In this document: one piece after another, positions 61,807-64,000 of the stretch | How the letters are laid out: each line of letters opens with the position of its first letter | Position numbering within the stretch: position 1 is the first letter of the stretch | Assembly (NCBI GenBank): GCA_963730935.1 | Contig: CAVSTP010000004.1 | Location: 1,184,001 to 1,248,000 of the forward strand | Direction of reading: 5' to 3' | From: an uncultured Nitrospiraceae bacterium | GTDB lineage: Bacteria; Nitrospirota; Nitrospiria; Nitrospirales; Nitrospiraceae | Length of the DNA stretch: 64,000 nt | The notes under the pieces: generated by a model | What the model was told of the DNA's origin: nothing | Databases searched by the model: none | What the model saw: the letters and a program-made list of their open reading frames with translations, nothing else | Program-made: the position numbers and the translations under genes

Positions 61807-63183
61807 TCAGACCTCGTCATTTCGCCATAACCCTTCCAGTTTCCGAATGGCCATCGCGTCGTCGAGGCATCGTCCCATGGGGACATATTGAATTTGAGGA
61901 TGCGTCCGTACGGCTTCAGGCAAGCAGCGCCAAAAATCGATGACGGTGACCAACTGTTTTCCGCCAAGAAAGTCGGCAGGCTTGAGTGCCTTAAATGCTT
62001 CGTCCGGAGTAGTCACAAGGACGCATTCGGCGTCCTGGAGGCAGGCCGCAAGCGAATCCGCTACCAACGCATGCATGCGCAACGCGGCCTGTGCTTCAGC
62101 CGCCGCGAGCGGATCGTACCCGATAACCCGGAAACCGCTGCTGGCCAGTGAGAGGCACAGATACATACCAGCCGATTCCTCGATGACATGGGACAACGGC
62201 TTGTAGGCAAGGCCGAGCACAGCGACAGTGGAGCCTTTGTGAAGATACGCTTTGAGTTTATCCACGAACCGTGGCGAAATTGTTCTATTGAACGTGTCAT
62301 TGACCTCCAATAGTTGCGTGGATGCGCCGAGATGCTGGCCAATGAAGTTGAGGGCCACATTGTCACGTGGAAAGCAGGGGCCGCCATACCCGAACCCGCC
62401 GGTCAAGTACTTCCGCCCGATACGCTTGTCCATCCCAATGGCGTCGCTTACCACGTCGACGTCTCCTCCAGGGATTCGTTCGCAGAGATCGGCCAACATG
62501 TTCGCATAGCTGATCTTTAAGGTGACAAAGCTATTGACCGAGATCTTCGCCAGTTCGGCGTTTTCAAGGCTCATTCTCTTTGACGGAGCCTTGTTCAGCG
62601 CGACACGGTCATTCACTGATTCTAAGGCCGCGCCGGAACGCTCATCAAACTCGCCGACCAAATAGAAATCCGGATTCAAATAGTCCCGGATGACGGTTCC
62701 GAGAGCGATAAACTCGGGACTGTAACACAGCCCGAAATCTTTTCCGCATCGCTTCCCCGAGTGCTTTTCCAAAATCGGCAGTAGTCCGTATCGGGTCGAT
62801 CCAGGCAGCACCGTGCTCGTCAAGACGATGGTATGATAGCGTTCACGTTTGGCAAGGGCATTACCAATCCCCTCAAATGCATAGGCCGCATATTGAAGCG
62901 AAAACGCACCTCGCTCATCGCTCGGCGTCGGAACAATGACGAAACTGAGATCACTATTGAGAATCGCATCCTCATGGTTCAAGGTGGCCCGAATACGATC
63001 CTTGTGTTTCGCAATGAGTTCATCCAACCCGGTTTCTTGGACCGGCGCTCGCCCTGCGTTCATCGCACTCACAGCTTTCTGTGATACATCCACACCGATC
63101 ACATTAAAACCTCGGCTGGCCAAACAAGCGGTCATCGTGGCGCCGAGCTTCCCCAAACCAATCACCGCGATATCAGTAATCAT
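61807..63183 (-). CDS. UDP-glucose/GDP-mannose dehydrogenase family protein
   Basis: VIGLGKLG, VPTP, YSPEF, AELAK, GYGGPCFPRD, LGLAYKP. Confidence 0.93.
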   Translation of the reverse strand: MITDIAVIGLGKLGATMTACLASRGFNVIGVDVSQKAVSAMNAGRAPVQETGLDELIAKHKDRIRATLNHEDAILNSDLSFVIVPTPSDERGAFSLQYAAYAFEGIGNALAKRERYHTIVLTSTVLPGSTRYGLLPILEKHSGKRCGKDFGLCYSPEFIALGTVIRDYLNPDFYLVGEFDERSGAALESVNDRVALNKAPSKRMSLENAELAKISVNSFVTLKISYANMLADLCERIPGGDVDVVSDAIGMDKRIGRKYLTGGFGYGGPCFPRDNVALNFIGQHLGASTQLLEVNDTFNRTISPRFVDKLKAYLHKGSTVAVLGLAYKPLSHVIEESAGMYLCLSLASSGFRVIGYDPLAAAEAQAALRMHALVADSLAACLQDAECVLVTTPDEAFKALKPADFLGGKQLVTVIDFWRCLPEAVRTHPQIQYVPMGRCLDDAMAIRKLEGLWRNDEV

Positions 63184-63315
63184 GGTCACCATCCTCTTCG
63201 CTTTGAACTAATCGTTTATTACTACAAATCCCCTTCAGCCAAGATCGACAATCAGAAATAGTTCACGACAGAGCACGAAGATAACGAATGCTTAAGAATT
63301 ATATTGGTGGGACCA

Positions 63316-64000
63316 TTATCTCGACGGGGAACACTTCATTTCTATGGAGAGACTGATCGGGTATTCAATATTTTGAGGCAGTCGAGGAAGAATCAATTGA
63401 GGATCTGATCCCGTGCTAATGATGCGAAACGGCTTATGGCTTGTCTCTAGTGCCTCACGAAGTCTTTGCTTCCAATGTCCTCCCCTCACAGCGAAGGCTG
63501 TGCCACGAACGACGACCTTGCCAGCGTTGCGTCTGGTAAGTTCCCAGACCACCTTTTTATTCTTGTCCATGATAGTCATGGTATGAATCGTTACCAGACC
63601 TGGGCTTTCCCCTGGATCAAAGCGCAAGGGGAACTGATGAGGGAATTTATCCAGCTTGAATTCGATCGCCTTGTCCTGGAGCCCGAGTTCATCTGAAAGA
63701 CGAGATTTTTCTGAATAGCTTCCATCTGCTTGCGGAATATAGAGGACTGCCCGGTTCGCATTCGTCCCGAACATGACCGACCCACAGCGACGCTCAAACA
63801 TCAGCGTCAGTCGATCCAGGTCATACGCTGGCTGGATCGACGAGACCGAGCACGTATCGATCTGTCTCCCCGGGGATTCCAAAATAGAACTCGGAACAGG
63901 CTCGTTATCGCCGAGCGTTCGTTCAGGGAGTTCTATATTAGCCAGTCCCCAGTTGCCATTATTGAACTCCAAGGCTTTTGCCTTTTTCCTCATCTCGTCA
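63316..64000 (-). CDS. C-terminal part of a glycan-locus protein (partial; frame open to window end)
   Basis: Frame open beyond ATG 63993; beta-rich tail with LRFDP and STGSDPQLILP. Confidence 0.6.
   Translation of the reverse strand, partial: DEMRKKAKALEFNNGNWGLANIELPERTLGDNEPVPSSILESPGRQIDTCSVSSIQPAYDLDRLTLMFERRCGSVMFGTNANRAVLYIPQADGSYSEKSRLSDELGLQDKAIEFKLDKFPHQFPLRFDPGESPGLVTIHTMTIMDKNKKVVWELTRRNAGKVVVRGTAFAVRGGHWKQRLREALETSHKPFRIISTGSDPQLILPRLPQNIEYPISLSIEMKCSPSR

Overview
64 kb of a high-GC bacterial chromosome. Gene order, the intergenic repeat family and the protein set suggest Nitrospira or a relative (inference). The centre is mostly housekeeping: a long minus-strand run DUF502-glmU-glmS-gatC-panD-gatA-DUF948-ytxH-gatB-eno-ftsB-era-mgtE-recO-DUF971-glgA-carbamoyltransferase/SxtJ/DUF5989; then tmk-holB-metG; DAHP synthase-tatD; amidase-truA; and cysE-ispF-ispD-PIN/TRAM-degQ-fbaB-fbp. 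Both ends are lower-GC surface-polysaccharide loci. The most interesting part is a metal-handling module at 32.1-38.0 kb. A secreted His-rich leader peptide ending in the ribosome-arrest motif RAPP precedes structured RNA that sequesters the SD of a TonB-dependent receptor. The receptor is followed by an unusual signal-peptide-bearing TonB_C protein with its own TonB-box-like motif and a PAP2 enzyme, convergent with a Zn-type CDF exporter and a COG0523 GTPase. Other observations: a compositionally mosaic metG, a doubly frameshifted PMM/PGM, a GT2/B12-radical-SAM/GT-C islet, a peptide motif shared by a multidomain glycosyltransferase and its neighbouring methyltransferase, and degenerate MITE-like repeats. 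No rRNA, tRNA, CRISPR, transposase or integrase was recognised. All family calls come from motif recognition by eye, not database searches.
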